Positions 39,839-50,009 of a stretch of 64,000 bases of DNA are shown here, piece by piece. Numbering within the stretch: position 1 is the stretch's first letter; each line of letters starts with the position of its first letter. Source of the DNA: Nitrosopumilus sp. (lineage in GTDB: Archaea; Thermoproteota; Nitrososphaeria; Nitrososphaerales; Nitrosopumilaceae); the NCBI GenBank assembly GCA_965205215.1, contig OZ242041.1:1280001-1344000 (forward strand). Reading direction: 5' to 3'. The position numbers were made by a program, and so were the translations under genes. The notes under the pieces were generated by a model, which was not told the origin of the DNA, made no database searches, and saw nothing but the letters and a program-made list of their open reading frames with translations.

Positions 39839-41116
39839 GTGACGTTTGTGCGGACGCATGACATTGCGGACCTAGGCGAGGACATGATGGGCCGGACCGT
39901 CACGATATCCGGCTGGATTGAGGACTACCGGAAGATGGCAAAGCTCTCCTTTGCCACGCTCCGCGACGTAACCGGCCTCGCGCAGATAGTGATAAAGGAC
40001 GAAAACGTGCCGGAGCTCAGCCGCCAGAGCGTCATATCGGTGTCCGGCACCATACAGGAGACCAGGGCCAGGGACCATTCCTTTGAGGTTCTGGCCGACG
40101 AGATCGTGGTGCTTGCCCGGGCGTCCCACCCGCTGCCAGTCGACCCACTCGGGCGCCTTGAGAGCAACATTGACACCCGGCTCAACCACCGGGCGCTGGA
40201 CATGAGGAACCAGCGTACCGCGTCCATATTCAAGATGAGGCACCACGCACTGCAGGCGCTCCGCGGCGCGCTGACGTCAGAAAGGTTCATCGAGATTACG
40301 ACCCCCAAGATAATCGGGAGCGCGAGCGAGGGCGGGGCCAACCTCTTCTCACTGGAATACTTTGGAAAGACGGCATACCTTGCGCAGAGCCCGCAGCTCT
40401 ACAAGGAGCAGATGACCATAGGGCTGCAGAGGGTGTTTGAGATATCTAACTTTTACAGGGCCGAGAACTCGCACACGGGCCGCCACCTGACCGAGTTCAC
40501 CAGCGTGGACATAGAGGCGGCCTTCATGGACTATGACGACGTGATGGGGGTGCTTGAGAGGCTTGTCGCGTCGACGTGCAAACAGGTGGCGTCGGACTGC
40601 GTCGAGGAGCAGGACGTGATAGACTGCGTCGTGCCCACGCCGGAGGCGCCGTTTGAGAGGGTGACCTACGAGCAGTGCGTCGGAGAGCTGCGGGAGTGCG
40701 GCCAAGAGGTGGAGTTTGGTGACGACCTGCTCGACTCGCACCTCAGGCTGATAGGGCTCAACCATCCGGGCTTTTTCTTTCTGACCGACTGGCCGATAAA
40801 GCTAAAGCCGTTCTACATAAGGGAGAAGGACGGGCACCCGGAACTGTCGCGCTCGTTTGACCTGCAGTACGGGTACCTCGAGCTGTCCTCCGGCGGCACC
40901 AGGCTGCACGACCCGGAGACGCTGAGGTCCAGGCTTGCAGAGCAGGGGCTGGATCCCGCGCAGTTTGAGGATCATCTGGAGTCGTTTGGGTGGGGGATGC
41001 CCCCACACTCAGGCTGGGGCATGGGGCTTGACAGGCTCATGGCGGTGATGACCGGCGTGGACAATGTCCGCGAGGTCGTGCTGTACCCTAGGGATCCGGA
41101 CCGGCTGTCGCCGTGA
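39839..41116 (+). CDS. aspS: Aspartyl-tRNA synthetase (archaeal, probably non-discriminating)
   Basis: (M)TFVRTH, SEGGANLF, LAQSPQLYKE, RAENS.T.RHL.EF, GMPPHSGWG.GLDR. Confidence 0.95.
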   Translation: MTFVRTHDIADLGEDMMGRTVTISGWIEDYRKMAKLSFATLRDVTGLAQIVIKDENVPELSRQSVISVSGTIQETRARDHSFEVLADEIVVLARASHPLPVDPLGRLESNIDTRLNHRALDMRNQRTASIFKMRHHALQALRGALTSERFIEITTPKIIGSASEGGANLFSLEYFGKTAYLAQSPQLYKEQMTIGLQRVFEISNFYRAENSHTGRHLTEFTSVDIEAAFMDYDDVMGVLERLVASTCKQVASDCVEEQDVIDCVVPTPEAPFERVTYEQCVGELRECGQEVEFGDDLLDSHLRLIGLNHPGFFFLTDWPIKLKPFYIREKDGHPELSRSFDLQYGYLELSSGGTRLHDPETLRSRLAEQGLDPAQFEDHLESFGWGMPPHSGWGMGLDRLMAVMTGVDNVREVVLYPRDPDRLSP

Positions 41117-41249
41117 CCGTCTGTCCGTGTCCTCATCCCGGCCGCTGCCAACTCCGGTTTTTCGGCGCTACTATCACAACAGCTGTCGCACTCATTCTGC
41201 CACCGGATGCGTGGCGCAGGCCGATTTTGCCGCGCAGTCGGGGCTGAAG

Positions 41250-41257
41250 TATAAATA
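41250..41257 (+). promoter_or_regulatory. Putative TATA box TATAAATA
   Basis: Consensus archaeal TATA box about 30 nt upstream of ATG 41288. Confidence 0.55.
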
Positions 41258-41287
41258 CAATCCTTCATATCGGTCATTGTACCAGAA

Positions 41288-44200
41288 ATGATCGCTTTTC
41301 ATGGGGCCCGCTCCATCCTTGCGTTCCCTAACACCCTGCATTCTGATCGCCCAAACCCGATATCGATTGCCTCTGTGGTCATACTTGCACTTGTCGCGTG
41401 CATGACTCCCGCATTTGCAGTAGATGGAAATCCCCAGGATCGGCTCAGGTTTGACCAGGACGGCATTGACGCACAGGTTCAAAAAGCTGTGACGGATGCA
41501 TTGGCGCTGTACTCTCAGAACGGCCGGGGCGCGTTTGACATGATTACAAACGCGAGGAGTTCTGATTCCGATGCGCCAATCCCGCTTGTCATAAGCAGCA
41601 GCACCCTGAAGGTTGTAGCGCACGGGGCGGGCCCTCTATACGTGGGGCAAATGCCGCTTGATGTCGCAGACACGTCAGTTGATCAGATCCGAGCCAGTCT
41701 GGAGCGTGACGGGATGATCTGGATCGAGCACATGGAGACAAACCCTGAAAACGGCCAGCCGCAGGCAAAGCGGGCCTTGCTGCACCTGCATGATGACGGA
41801 TACATATTCTCTGCCGGTTACTTTTTGGACGACTTTGAGGTTCAGCTTTTGATAGAGGACGTGGTGGTCCAGTACGAGACGTACGGGATCGGCGCCTTTG
41901 ACATGATAACCCCCAGTGAGCCCGTTGTGACTGACGATCTGTATCCGTTTGTGATAGACATCGAAACCTGGACCCGGGTGGCAGACGGCGTGGTGCCCGA
42001 CAGGGTGGGAAAGGCAGAGGGCATCCTGAACACTGCGGCCAGGTCAGTCGAAGATGTCCGCGCGGAACTGGAAACGACCGGTTCTGCGTGGGTGACATAT
42101 ACGTTTCACAACCCTGCCACGGACATAACGCAGCTCAAACTCTCTTGGCTCTATCTGCATGATGGCTATGTGTTTGGATCCGGCTACTATCCCCCCGATT
42201 CCCAGGTAAAATCACTGGTGGACTCTGCAATCATGACATACGAGGTACATGGAGCCGACGCCTTTGGGATGATGACGCCGGATGTGTTTGATCGACTGTC
42301 GACGCAGTCGAATTTCGTGCTGGACGCGGCAACCTTGGAGGTGCTGGCACACGGCAGGCTGCCCGCGCTGGTGGGCGAGCGCTTCGAGCAGCTTGAGGCG
42401 GCAGACAGGCCCCTGCGGGACATCATGGCCGAACTGCGAAGTGCGGGCGGAGCCGGAACCTGGGCATGGCACATGGACCTGAATCCCGCAACCCGGACCG
42501 ACCAGCTCACGCGCACGTACGTCGTGCTGCACGGCGACTACATATTTGGCGCAAGCCTCTCGCTGCCCGATATTCGGCTGCAGGCCGTGATTGACGACGC
42601 GCTCTACACGTACAGAAACGATCCTCAAAACGGGCTTGACATAATCACTTCTGGCGCGCTCAACAGACTGGACCTTTTTCCTGCAGTGAGAAACGAGACG
42701 CACATACTTGCGCACGGCGCAGTGCCCTTCTTGGTCGGGCCCCTCCCGCCGCACCTGAGGATAACGACGGGTGACGGGGGCGCATTTTCCGACGTTCCGG
42801 ACGGAACTACGTTTTGGACCGAGTTTGCGTTTTTCAACGCCAACACCGGAATAACGCAGATCAAGCGCGGCTGGACCCACTTTTATGACGGTTACACGTT
42901 TGTGGGCGCCTATACAATTGCAGACGCTGACACCCAGTCGGTGACCGATTACGCGCGGTTCATCTACGAGTCCAACAGAGCCAACGATGCATGGAGGGAT
43001 ATCATCACTCCTGACGCGCCCATCGTAACTGATGATCTGTATCCGTTTGTGATAGACATCGAAACCTGGACCCGGCTTGCAGACGGTGTCGTACCTGGCA
43101 GGGTGGATCTGCCCGAACGAATCCTGGACACTTCGGGAAGATCCGTGCGGGACGTGGTTGCAGATCTCAGAGAGACGGGCAGTGTGTGGCTGACATACAC
43201 GTTTCACAACCCTGCCACGGGAGTCGAGCAGCTAAAGCGCACGTATCTCCAGCTAAAAGACGGACTCGTGTTCGGCTCCGGCTATTACATACTTGATTCC
43301 GGCGTCCAGGCCGTGGTGTATGCCAACATAGTCGAGTACAACACCAATGGAAGGGATGCCGCGCTCGGGGCAATCGGCACAATACCCGAAAGGCCGATCA
43401 CTGCATACGCCTTTGCAGTTGACCCGCAGACCGGCACTACCGTGGCCCAGGGCGTGGATCCGGCCCTGACAGGCTCCCCCCTCCTCCCTGTTGCGGACTG
43501 GGACGCCATAACCGCGGTGCTCCCCACTGAGACGATTATGAGTACGATAACAGACGCGCCCGGCATGTGGGTAAACTACCAGCACACGAATCCCGTAACC
43601 GGCGAAATCGAGACCAAGCGCACATGGCTTGTCCTGCACGACGGGCTCGTGCTGGGTTCGGGATACTATGCGTCTGAGATTCCGGAGTCTGATGTCAAGT
43701 ATGCAGTCAGCAATGCGATCAACATCTACAACAACAACAAAGCCAACGGTGCGTGGGTGGACATAATCACGCCCGATCAGCCCGTCACAACCGACGCTCT
43801 GTATCCCTTTGTGATAGACGCCGACACCTGGACCCGGCTTGCAGACGGCGTGGTCCCCGACAGGGTGGGCCAGCCGGAGACCATTTTAGACACGTCCACC
43901 AGGTCGGTCGACGACGTCCTTGCGGAACTGGACGAGAAGGGCTCCCTGTGGGTCACCTACATATTCCACAATCCAGCCACGGGCATCGAGCAGCTGAAGC
44001 GCTCCTACCTGCAGCTGCACGACGGGCTCGTGTTCGGGTCCGGCTATTACATACTTGATTCCAGGGTACAGTCATTCGCGCACGGCCGCGTACTGGAATA
44101 CGAGCGCGACGGCAGGGCCGCGACGCTGGCGTCAATCAATACGGTTCCGCCCGTACCGATCACCCTGTATGCCTTTGCAGTTGACTCTGCAACCGGTATA

Positions 44201-45229
44201 ACGCTGGCTCAAAATGTTGATCCTGCTCGCGTGGGTGCGGCAACCGACTGGGATGTCATAACTTCCGCAATTCCAGAATCCGATGTCTTGGACAGCCTGA
44301 GCAGGGGGACGGGTGCGTGGGTGACCTACAATTACATATCCCCCGTAACAGGCAAACCGGAACTAAAGCACTCGTGGCTTGTACTGCATGATGGTCTGGT
44401 GTTTGGAGTGGGACACTACTCCTCTGACATTCCACAAACTGATGTAAGGTTCGAGGTTCGCGGTGCAATAGAAATTTACGAGAACAACAAAGCCAACGAC
44501 GCGTGGGTGGACATAATCACGCCCGATCAGCCCGTCACAACCGATGCGCTGTATCCCTTTGTGATAGACGCCGACACCTGGACCCGGCTTGCAGACGGCG
44601 TGGTCCCCGACAGGGTGGGCCAGCCGGAGACCATTTTAGACACGTCCACCAGGTCGGTCGACGACGTCCTTGCGGAACTGGACGAGAAGGGCTCCCTGTG
44701 GGTCACCTACATATTCCACAATCCAGCCACGGGCATCGAGCAGCTGAAGCGCTCCTACCTGCAGCTGCACGACGGGCTCGTGTTCGGGTCCGGCTATTAC
44801 GTGCTCGATACCGACGTGCAGTCACTGACACACAGCCGAGTACTGGAGTACTGGCGCGACGGCAGGGCGGCAATTGTCGAGTCGATCAGCATGATTCCGG
44901 ACGTGCCCGACTCCAAGTACTCTTTTGTCGTGGATTCCGCATCCGGCACGACCCTGGCGCAGGGCGTCAACTCCGCAAGCATAGGTGATACCCATGACTG
45001 GGACGCCATCGCCCTTGCAGTGCCTGCCCAAGGCCTCTTAGACGAATTACGCCGGGAAGCTGGCGCGTGGGTCGTCTATGATCACACGTCTCCCATAACG
45101 GGCGAGCTGGAGACCAAGCGCGCCTGGCTTGTATTCGATGACGGGCTGGTATTTGGAACCGGGTACTATTCATCGGACATACGCAACGAACTTGTGCCTG
45201 CAACGTACACTGCGCGAGTCTGCCGGTAG
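41288..45229 (+). CDS. Secreted 1313-aa protein with ten tandem single-Cache-like domains
   Basis: Signal peptide ending PAFA, then ten ~120-aa units ending in W..Y...NP.TG....K.......DG..FGSGYY. Confidence 0.85.
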   Translation: MIAFHGARSILAFPNTLHSDRPNPISIASVVILALVACMTPAFAVDGNPQDRLRFDQDGIDAQVQKAVTDALALYSQNGRGAFDMITNARSSDSDAPIPLVISSSTLKVVAHGAGPLYVGQMPLDVADTSVDQIRASLERDGMIWIEHMETNPENGQPQAKRALLHLHDDGYIFSAGYFLDDFEVQLLIEDVVVQYETYGIGAFDMITPSEPVVTDDLYPFVIDIETWTRVADGVVPDRVGKAEGILNTAARSVEDVRAELETTGSAWVTYTFHNPATDITQLKLSWLYLHDGYVFGSGYYPPDSQVKSLVDSAIMTYEVHGADAFGMMTPDVFDRLSTQSNFVLDAATLEVLAHGRLPALVGERFEQLEAADRPLRDIMAELRSAGGAGTWAWHMDLNPATRTDQLTRTYVVLHGDYIFGASLSLPDIRLQAVIDDALYTYRNDPQNGLDIITSGALNRLDLFPAVRNETHILAHGAVPFLVGPLPPHLRITTGDGGAFSDVPDGTTFWTEFAFFNANTGITQIKRGWTHFYDGYTFVGAYTIADADTQSVTDYARFIYESNRANDAWRDIITPDAPIVTDDLYPFVIDIETWTRLADGVVPGRVDLPERILDTSGRSVRDVVADLRETGSVWLTYTFHNPATGVEQLKRTYLQLKDGLVFGSGYYILDSGVQAVVYANIVEYNTNGRDAALGAIGTIPERPITAYAFAVDPQTGTTVAQGVDPALTGSPLLPVADWDAITAVLPTETIMSTITDAPGMWVNYQHTNPVTGEIETKRTWLVLHDGLVLGSGYYASEIPESDVKYAVSNAINIYNNNKANGAWVDIITPDQPVTTDALYPFVIDADTWTRLADGVVPDRVGQPETILDTSTRSVDDVLAELDEKGSLWVTYIFHNPATGIEQLKRSYLQLHDGLVFGSGYYILDSRVQSFAHGRVLEYERDGRAATLASINTVPPVPITLYAFAVDSATGITLAQNVDPARVGAATDWDVITSAIPESDVLDSLSRGTGAWVTYNYISPVTGKPELKHSWLVLHDGLVFGVGHYSSDIPQTDVRFEVRGAIEIYENNKANDAWVDIITPDQPVTTDALYPFVIDADTWTRLADGVVPDRVGQPETILDTSTRSVDDVLAELDEKGSLWVTYIFHNPATGIEQLKRSYLQLHDGLVFGSGYYVLDTDVQSLTHSRVLEYWRDGRAAIVESISMIPDVPDSKYSFVVDSASGTTLAQGVNSASIGDTHDWDAIALAVPAQGLLDELRREAGAWVVYDHTSPITGELETKRAWLVFDDGLVFGTGYYSSDIRNELVPATYTARVCR
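43751..44800. repeat. 300-bp direct repeat: 43751-44050 and 44501-44800
   Basis: By-eye alignment at offset 750 shows two mismatches, both synonymous. Confidence 0.9.
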
Positions 45230-45408
45230 TTGAGGTAATGGTATTTGGCAACGCAACAAAAACAAATTTCCGTGCCAAAATGCTCATGAAAAATTAACCA
45301 ATATTTTGGGCATGCTTGGTTTTGCCCGTAATCATATGGGGTGTAAATTCGTGGACAATGTTACGCATTAAAAGAAACCCTTGTTGATCGTACACACAGA
45401 TACACGGC

Positions 45409-45560
45409 ATGGCCAAACTGCCTGGGGAGAAATTCAGAGGCGTATCGGCAAGAGAAGGATCCCAAGGCGATAAAGAACCCGCTTGCAGTAAACATGGCAC
45501 TGCAAGAAGGAAAGCACGCAGCACGATCGCCGTACCTCAATCCCGCGGAACAATGCCGGA
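45409..45560 (+). mobile_element. Possible degenerate IS630-like transposase 5' remnant
   Basis: MAKLPGEK, then in a shifted frame EAYRQEKDPKAIKNPLAVNMAL, which recalls the Y..EKD N-terminus of IS630-type transposases. No DDE domain or inverted repeats seen. Confidence 0.3.
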
Positions 45561-45892
45561 ACAAGGGGAAGAGCGAAATAATGAATTCCGAATATCGCGA
45601 GATTTTCGTTGCCTTGCGCAACAAGACGTCCAAATATTACAGAACGACAAGGTTTACCCTTGACGTATACAGATATCTCGACAGGAAGACATCAGAATGT
45701 GCTGAGTTTTGGATCGCCATTATGCATTTCCGCCTACTGCAAGATCTGAGCTGATCAGAAGGTCTTGCAGACTCCCAGCCGCACGGGTCAAACATGCAGG
45801 CAGCTGGGGCAGTGAACCGGAGCCGTACCGTAGATAGGACGGGGAAGAGGTGATGACAAGCGTGAGTATTCCAACTGCAGGCAAGCTTGGCT

Positions 45893-46847
45893 TCATGTCC
45901 TGCTCCTGATCAGCTCCTGCAGCTCCGCGGGCAGGCTGCCGTGCTGGTTTTCATACCTTTTTATCATGTCCTGCGTGTCCTGCTCATCGAATTTGTCTTG
46001 GATCATGTTCCCTACAATGCCTCTCAAATCGTCTTGCCTGTTCATCTCTTGAAAAAACTCCATATGGGACTCGACATCCTCAAGATCTGGCAGTGTATCT
46101 TTATGAAGCTGCAGAATCTGCTCGCGCAGCGTCTCAAAATACTCGTACAGGGATTGGCGCCACGGGTCAAGTACTATCTTGCAGAAGTGCGAGTTCGAAT
46201 AACTTGCAATGATGTCTTTATAGTTGAATATGGAAAATACACTGCTGTTGTTCTCATTAAAACAGGACAAGCGGTATGGCTCCTTGTCAGTCCTTTCGCC
46301 GGTACACGAATCAATGTGAAACCACGTTGATGCGTACCGGCCATTGCCGTCTGCTGCGCTCAGTCCGTAGTGGATGTTGCTAAGCACGCGGTCACGCTCA
46401 TCTATGATATACATCTCAATCTCGTATTGGGAATATTTCTTTGCAGAGTCCAAAGTTTTCCGTCTGCGAAATTTTTTGCATGTGCAGGGGTATTCTCTGC
46501 TCAAAGGCGCAGACTGACGACGGCTCCACGCCGAGCTTTTCTGCCCTGGTGTCTGGATCATCAAACGGATATACATCAATCAGGCCCACACTTGAGATTT
46601 CGAGTCCCATGTGGGAAAAGGATGCCTCCTTCAGCTTCTCCTCCATGGACCTTTTCGAATCCTCAAACTTTTGCATGTCGCCTGCCATCTGGTGCCCTTT
46701 TGACTCCTCGTTGATCTGGACCAGCTCGCGGGAGTGCTTTTCAATCGAGACTGCCCTTGGGGACTCCTCGGGGCTGTCCTGGATTAGGAACAACACGGCA
46801 GAGACCAGCAGCGCCATGGCCGCTATCGTGCCAAGTCCGGACTTCAT
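45893..46847 (-). pseudogene. Exported hypothetical protein with a frameshift near 46445
   Basis: ORF 46416-46847 (signal anchor ...SQTENFGL) continues naturally as AKKYSQYEIE... in the frame of ORF 45893-46579. Confidence 0.65.
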
Positions 46848-47002
46848 TTTTCTACCCCCGCAAACGGAATTGAGATCCCTTCGTGCATTGCAAGGGTGTA
46901 AACATACAACGAATAGATTCCGGGCATGGATGTGAAGAAGGGCAGGTCAAGGACCACAAACGGCAGGACTGCAGTTACCGTAATCCTGTATCTAGTCTTC
47001 AT
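46844..47002 (-). CDS. 52-aa hydrophobic peptide (possibly a gene remnant)
   Basis: MKTRYRITVTAVLPFVVL; overlaps both neighbours in operon-like fashion. Confidence 0.4.
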   Translation of the reverse strand: MKTRYRITVTAVLPFVVLDLPFFTSMPGIYSLYVYTLAMHEGISIPFAGVEK

Positions 47003-47618
47003 TCTTCCTCCGAATTGCCCACACGGCCATCGCAAGTGACGGAACGGTCACCGTCAGGTAGACAAACCCGATTCCATTGTTAAAGACGTTCTCAAAGCCA
47101 CGCTCCTCGATGCCTTCTACCGTACCGGTCCATGCACCTATGCCGTCACCAGTATCCCATATGTACGAACTTGCTGATAAGATTAAGAGCGTGAGGGCCA
47201 GATGCGCAGCTGCAAGTGTAACTATGGCAACCACAACGGGCCGGTTCCTTGCAGGACTTGACATCTTTTTTTGGAACATAAATGCTGAAAATCCCGCCAC
47301 TGCTCCTACGAGCGCTGAAGCCATAGGCCCGAGGACCTGAACAAACGGAATCATCAGGGATACTCCGGTAATCACACTTAGCAGGATGCCCGTGGGCTTG
47401 ATGCTTTTTGACACCCACGAAAGCACCGACCATGACACCATCGAAAACAGGACTGCCAAAGTCATGGCGACAGCGGCATGAACGGATATTCCGTCTACTT
47501 GGACCTGGCCGAACTCAAGCTCCACCTTGTCGACCCATGGAACTATTAACAGAAATGCAGCTATTGCTGCCAAAAACCCAGTCCTCAGACTCCCAAACCC
47601 CCTCTTGAAATCTGTCAA
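46992..47618 (-). CDS. Multi-pass membrane hypothetical protein
   Basis: About six hydrophobic segments; start uncertain. Confidence 0.7.
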   Translation of the reverse strand: MTDFKRGFGSLRTGFLAAIAAFLLIVPWVDKVELEFGQVQVDGISVHAAVAMTLAVLFSMVSWSVLSWVSKSIKPTGILLSVITGVSLMIPFVQVLGPMASALVGAVAGFSAFMFQKKMSSPARNRPVVVAIVTLAAAHLALTLLILSASSYIWDTGDGIGAWTGTVEGIEERGFENVFNNGIGFVYLTVTVPSLAMAVWAIRRKNED

Positions 47619-47861
47619 CTGTGATCTATTTGAATCCTGTATGAGGTTATTTGATGATGTAATTTATTGCGCAGGTTTCATGAGTTCATGGCGGATGCCA
47701 TTTTGCATTCGTTGCTTGTTGTATGAAAGACACATGATCTGAGCATGCCAGAATGCTTGAAGAATGGCTTTGTTATTCTATCATGTGTCCTGTTATGGCG
47801 TGTGGAAATACCGATATTGCAGGACTTTCTTCTAAACCCGCAAGCCAGTGCGGCGTACTGG

Positions 47862-48239
47862 CTAGTGAAACTCTTTTGCTATTGGTAGGCATGCGTCTAC
47901 TATCCTGAGCACCTCTGAGCGCACGACCATCTTGTCTATTGACACCCAGATGCGGTTCTTCCCGATGGCAAACGATATGATCTGCACCTTTTCCCGCTCC
48001 TCCCATACGAACTCTATCTCGCCCAGGTTTTCGTCAAAGAAGCTCTCAAGATCGGTCTTTATGGCGATGTGGGAGAACTGGTACTTGGTGTCCTTTTTGT
48101 CAAGCAGCGGGGCGAGCTCGTCCCTCCTTCTGTATGCGATGAGCGTCCCGTGCTCGTCTATGACCCCTACAAACCGTATGTAGGGACTGATCGTGGCGAT
48201 CTGGTCGCAGACTTTTGCGAGGTCTTCCCTTCTTGCCAT
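47862..48239 (-). CDS. Thaumarchaeal roadblock/profilin-like hypothetical protein
   Basis: IRFVGVID..G......R....PLL...FD..LG.......REKV pattern. Confidence 0.75.
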   Translation of the reverse strand: MARREDLAKVCDQIATISPYIRFVGVIDEHGTLIAYRRRDELAPLLDKKDTKYQFSHIAIKTDLESFFDENLGEIEFVWEEREKVQIISFAIGKNRIWVSIDKMVVRSEVLRIVDACLPIAKEFH

Positions 48240-48397
48240 GCCGCTTGTGTATGGGGCGCGTATTTATGCTATTTCCAAAATTTCCGGCACTGTTTTTTTG
48301 AAAGGCGCCGTTCTCCGGCATTGCCCGTGCCGCTGGCGCCGCCACCGCACCGGGCATTGGCGCGGGGGTGGCGTTTGAAGGTTAAATAATCCTGCAT

Positions 48398-49207
48398 GTG
48401 ACGTGGCTTGTGGACTTTGCCGACCTCTTTCCATTTGCTCCCGAGGTCGGCTATCTGAGCCTGATAATGGTCAATTTCATAGGCTCGCTTGTTCCGTTTG
48501 TCCCGCTGCCGGGCTTTCTGCTCCTCGCAACAATGTCTGTGGGGGACAAGTTTGATCTGCATGTGCTCGCCCTGACCTCTGCGTTTGCCGCCACAGCTGC
48601 AAAGCAGATAATATTCCTTGCAAGCTACGAGGGGAGGCGCATAATCAAGCAGAGTACGCGTGACCGTATGCGGCCGTTTGAGAGGCTTGTAAAGCGGTAC
48701 GGGGCGGCCGCTACGTTCGTTGCGGCGGCAACTCCGATTCCCGATGATCTCGTGTACATCCCGCTGGGGCTTGCAAAATACGATCCCAAGAGGTTTCTCG
48801 TGGCCACGTTGGCCGGCAAGCTTGTGCTGAGCTATGTAATCGTGTTCGTATCGCACTATCTGGGGCTGTCGCTTGTAGAGCCGTACATGGAGGACATTGA
48901 GAGCCCGACGCCCATCTATGCGGGGATTGTGATATTTGGCGCGTCGATGACCTTGGTGGTGATACTGCTCTTGAGACTTGACTGGCGGCGCATCATGGGC
49001 AGGGTTGCCCCGTGGACGCTAGACGATGCAAGCGATGATGCCCGTGATAGTAAAAACGACAGTTCGGTTGCAGTTGACCCCGACGACAATGGCCCCGACG
49101 ACAATGGCCCCGACGACAATGGCCCCGACGACAATGGCCCCGACGACAATGGCCCCGACGACAATGGCCCCGACGACAAGGGCGGCCGTGGGCATGCCGA
49201 TTTATGA
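48398..49207 (+). CDS. VTT/DedA (SNARE-associated) membrane protein
   Basis: RYG..A.FVAAATPIPDDL..IPLGL......FL.....GK. Confidence 0.85.
   Translation: MTWLVDFADLFPFAPEVGYLSLIMVNFIGSLVPFVPLPGFLLLATMSVGDKFDLHVLALTSAFAATAAKQIIFLASYEGRRIIKQSTRDRMRPFERLVKRYGAAATFVAAATPIPDDLVYIPLGLAKYDPKRFLVATLAGKLVLSYVIVFVSHYLGLSLVEPYMEDIESPTPIYAGIVIFGASMTLVVILLLRLDWRRIMGRVAPWTLDDASDDARDSKNDSSVAVDPDDNGPDDNGPDDNGPDDNGPDDNGPDDNGPDDKGGRGHADL
49079..49183 (+). repeat. 15-bp tandem repeat x7 (CCCGACGACAATGGC; PDDNG)
   Basis: Six perfect units plus one with AAT>AAG. Confidence 0.95.
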
Positions 49208-49388
49208 GCGCTGATGACAGTAACTGGTGATTGTCACTTGGCTTGTGATTGGCGTCTGCCTTTCTCCAATCCTTGCCCTCTGACACGGTGCTGTTACCAA
49301 GATCCTGACTCTGAAGGCTGCCCGTATTTGGCTTGGTGCCGCGCCGACCCTCGGGGCGTAAATCAGTACGGGGTTGCCGGCTGCAGCA

Positions 49389-50009
49389 TCACGCGGATAG
49401 CCTAAAGTTCCAGGGCTTGCCTGTGGCCTCCCTGATTCCGATCCTTGTCGACTCGACTATGTCGTGACGCGCCACGTCATAGTCGGGGTTGCCTGTGATG
49501 CAGAGCCTCGGCCTCGTCGTGAGATCCTCGCCGTACTGCCCTGAGGATATGCACATGGCCTGCGTGAGCTTTGCAGGGCCGTCTGCCAGTATGCGCGCGT
49601 CCTGAGTCTTGCGGTTTCTCATCATTGTGGCGACGCCCTTCCTTGGTATGATCCCCCTGATCAGCACGGCCCCTGCCTCCGACCTGTCCGCGTCCCTGGC
49701 CGTCGCGTTAAAGCAGTAGTGCATCCCGTACGTAAAGTAGACGTACGCCCTGCCGACCTGGCCGAACATTGCCTGGTTTCTCTGCGTCTTGTTCCTGTAC
49801 GCGTGGCTTGCCGGATCGTCGCTGTGCCCGTATGCCTCCGTCTCGGATATGACTCCTGAGATTGTCTGTCCGCCCGCCCTCCTTACCAGCGTGGCGCCAA
49901 GCATGTCCCTTGCCACCGTGGCCGTGTCGCGCGCGTAAAATTCTCTTGGCAGGGGGAGCGAGCCGTCGCGGCACCTGGCCCCGTACGGTCCGTCAGTATA
50001 AGATGTCAG
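49389..50009 (-). CDS. mpg: DNA-3-methyladenine glycosylase (MPG/AAG family)
   Basis: LPREFYARD...VA..MLG, ETEAY, YVYFTYGMHYC.N, AVLIR, GPAKL, RIGI. The start is probably CTG 50009 or CTG 49952. Confidence 0.9.
   Translation of the reverse strand: MTSYTDGPYGARCRDGSLPLPREFYARDTATVARDMLGATLVRRAGGQTISGVISETEAYGHSDDPASHAYRNKTQRNQAMFGQVGRAYVYFTYGMHYCFNATARDADRSEAGAVLIRGIIPRKGVATMMRNRKTQDARILADGPAKLTQAMCISSGQYGEDLTTRPRLCITGNPDYDVARHDIVESTRIGIREATGKPWNFRLSA

Noticed and set aside
43751-44800. Diversity-generating retroelement template/variable repeat pair
   Set aside because: Mismatches are not adenine-specific, both copies are coding, and no reverse transcriptase is in the window.
49079-49183. 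CRISPR array
   Set aside because: Contiguous 15-bp units without spacers, in frame within a CDS; no cas genes.
49212-49275. C/D box sRNA (TGATGA...CTGA)
   Set aside because: No convincing internal C'/D' boxes or verifiable guide; such short motifs occur by chance.
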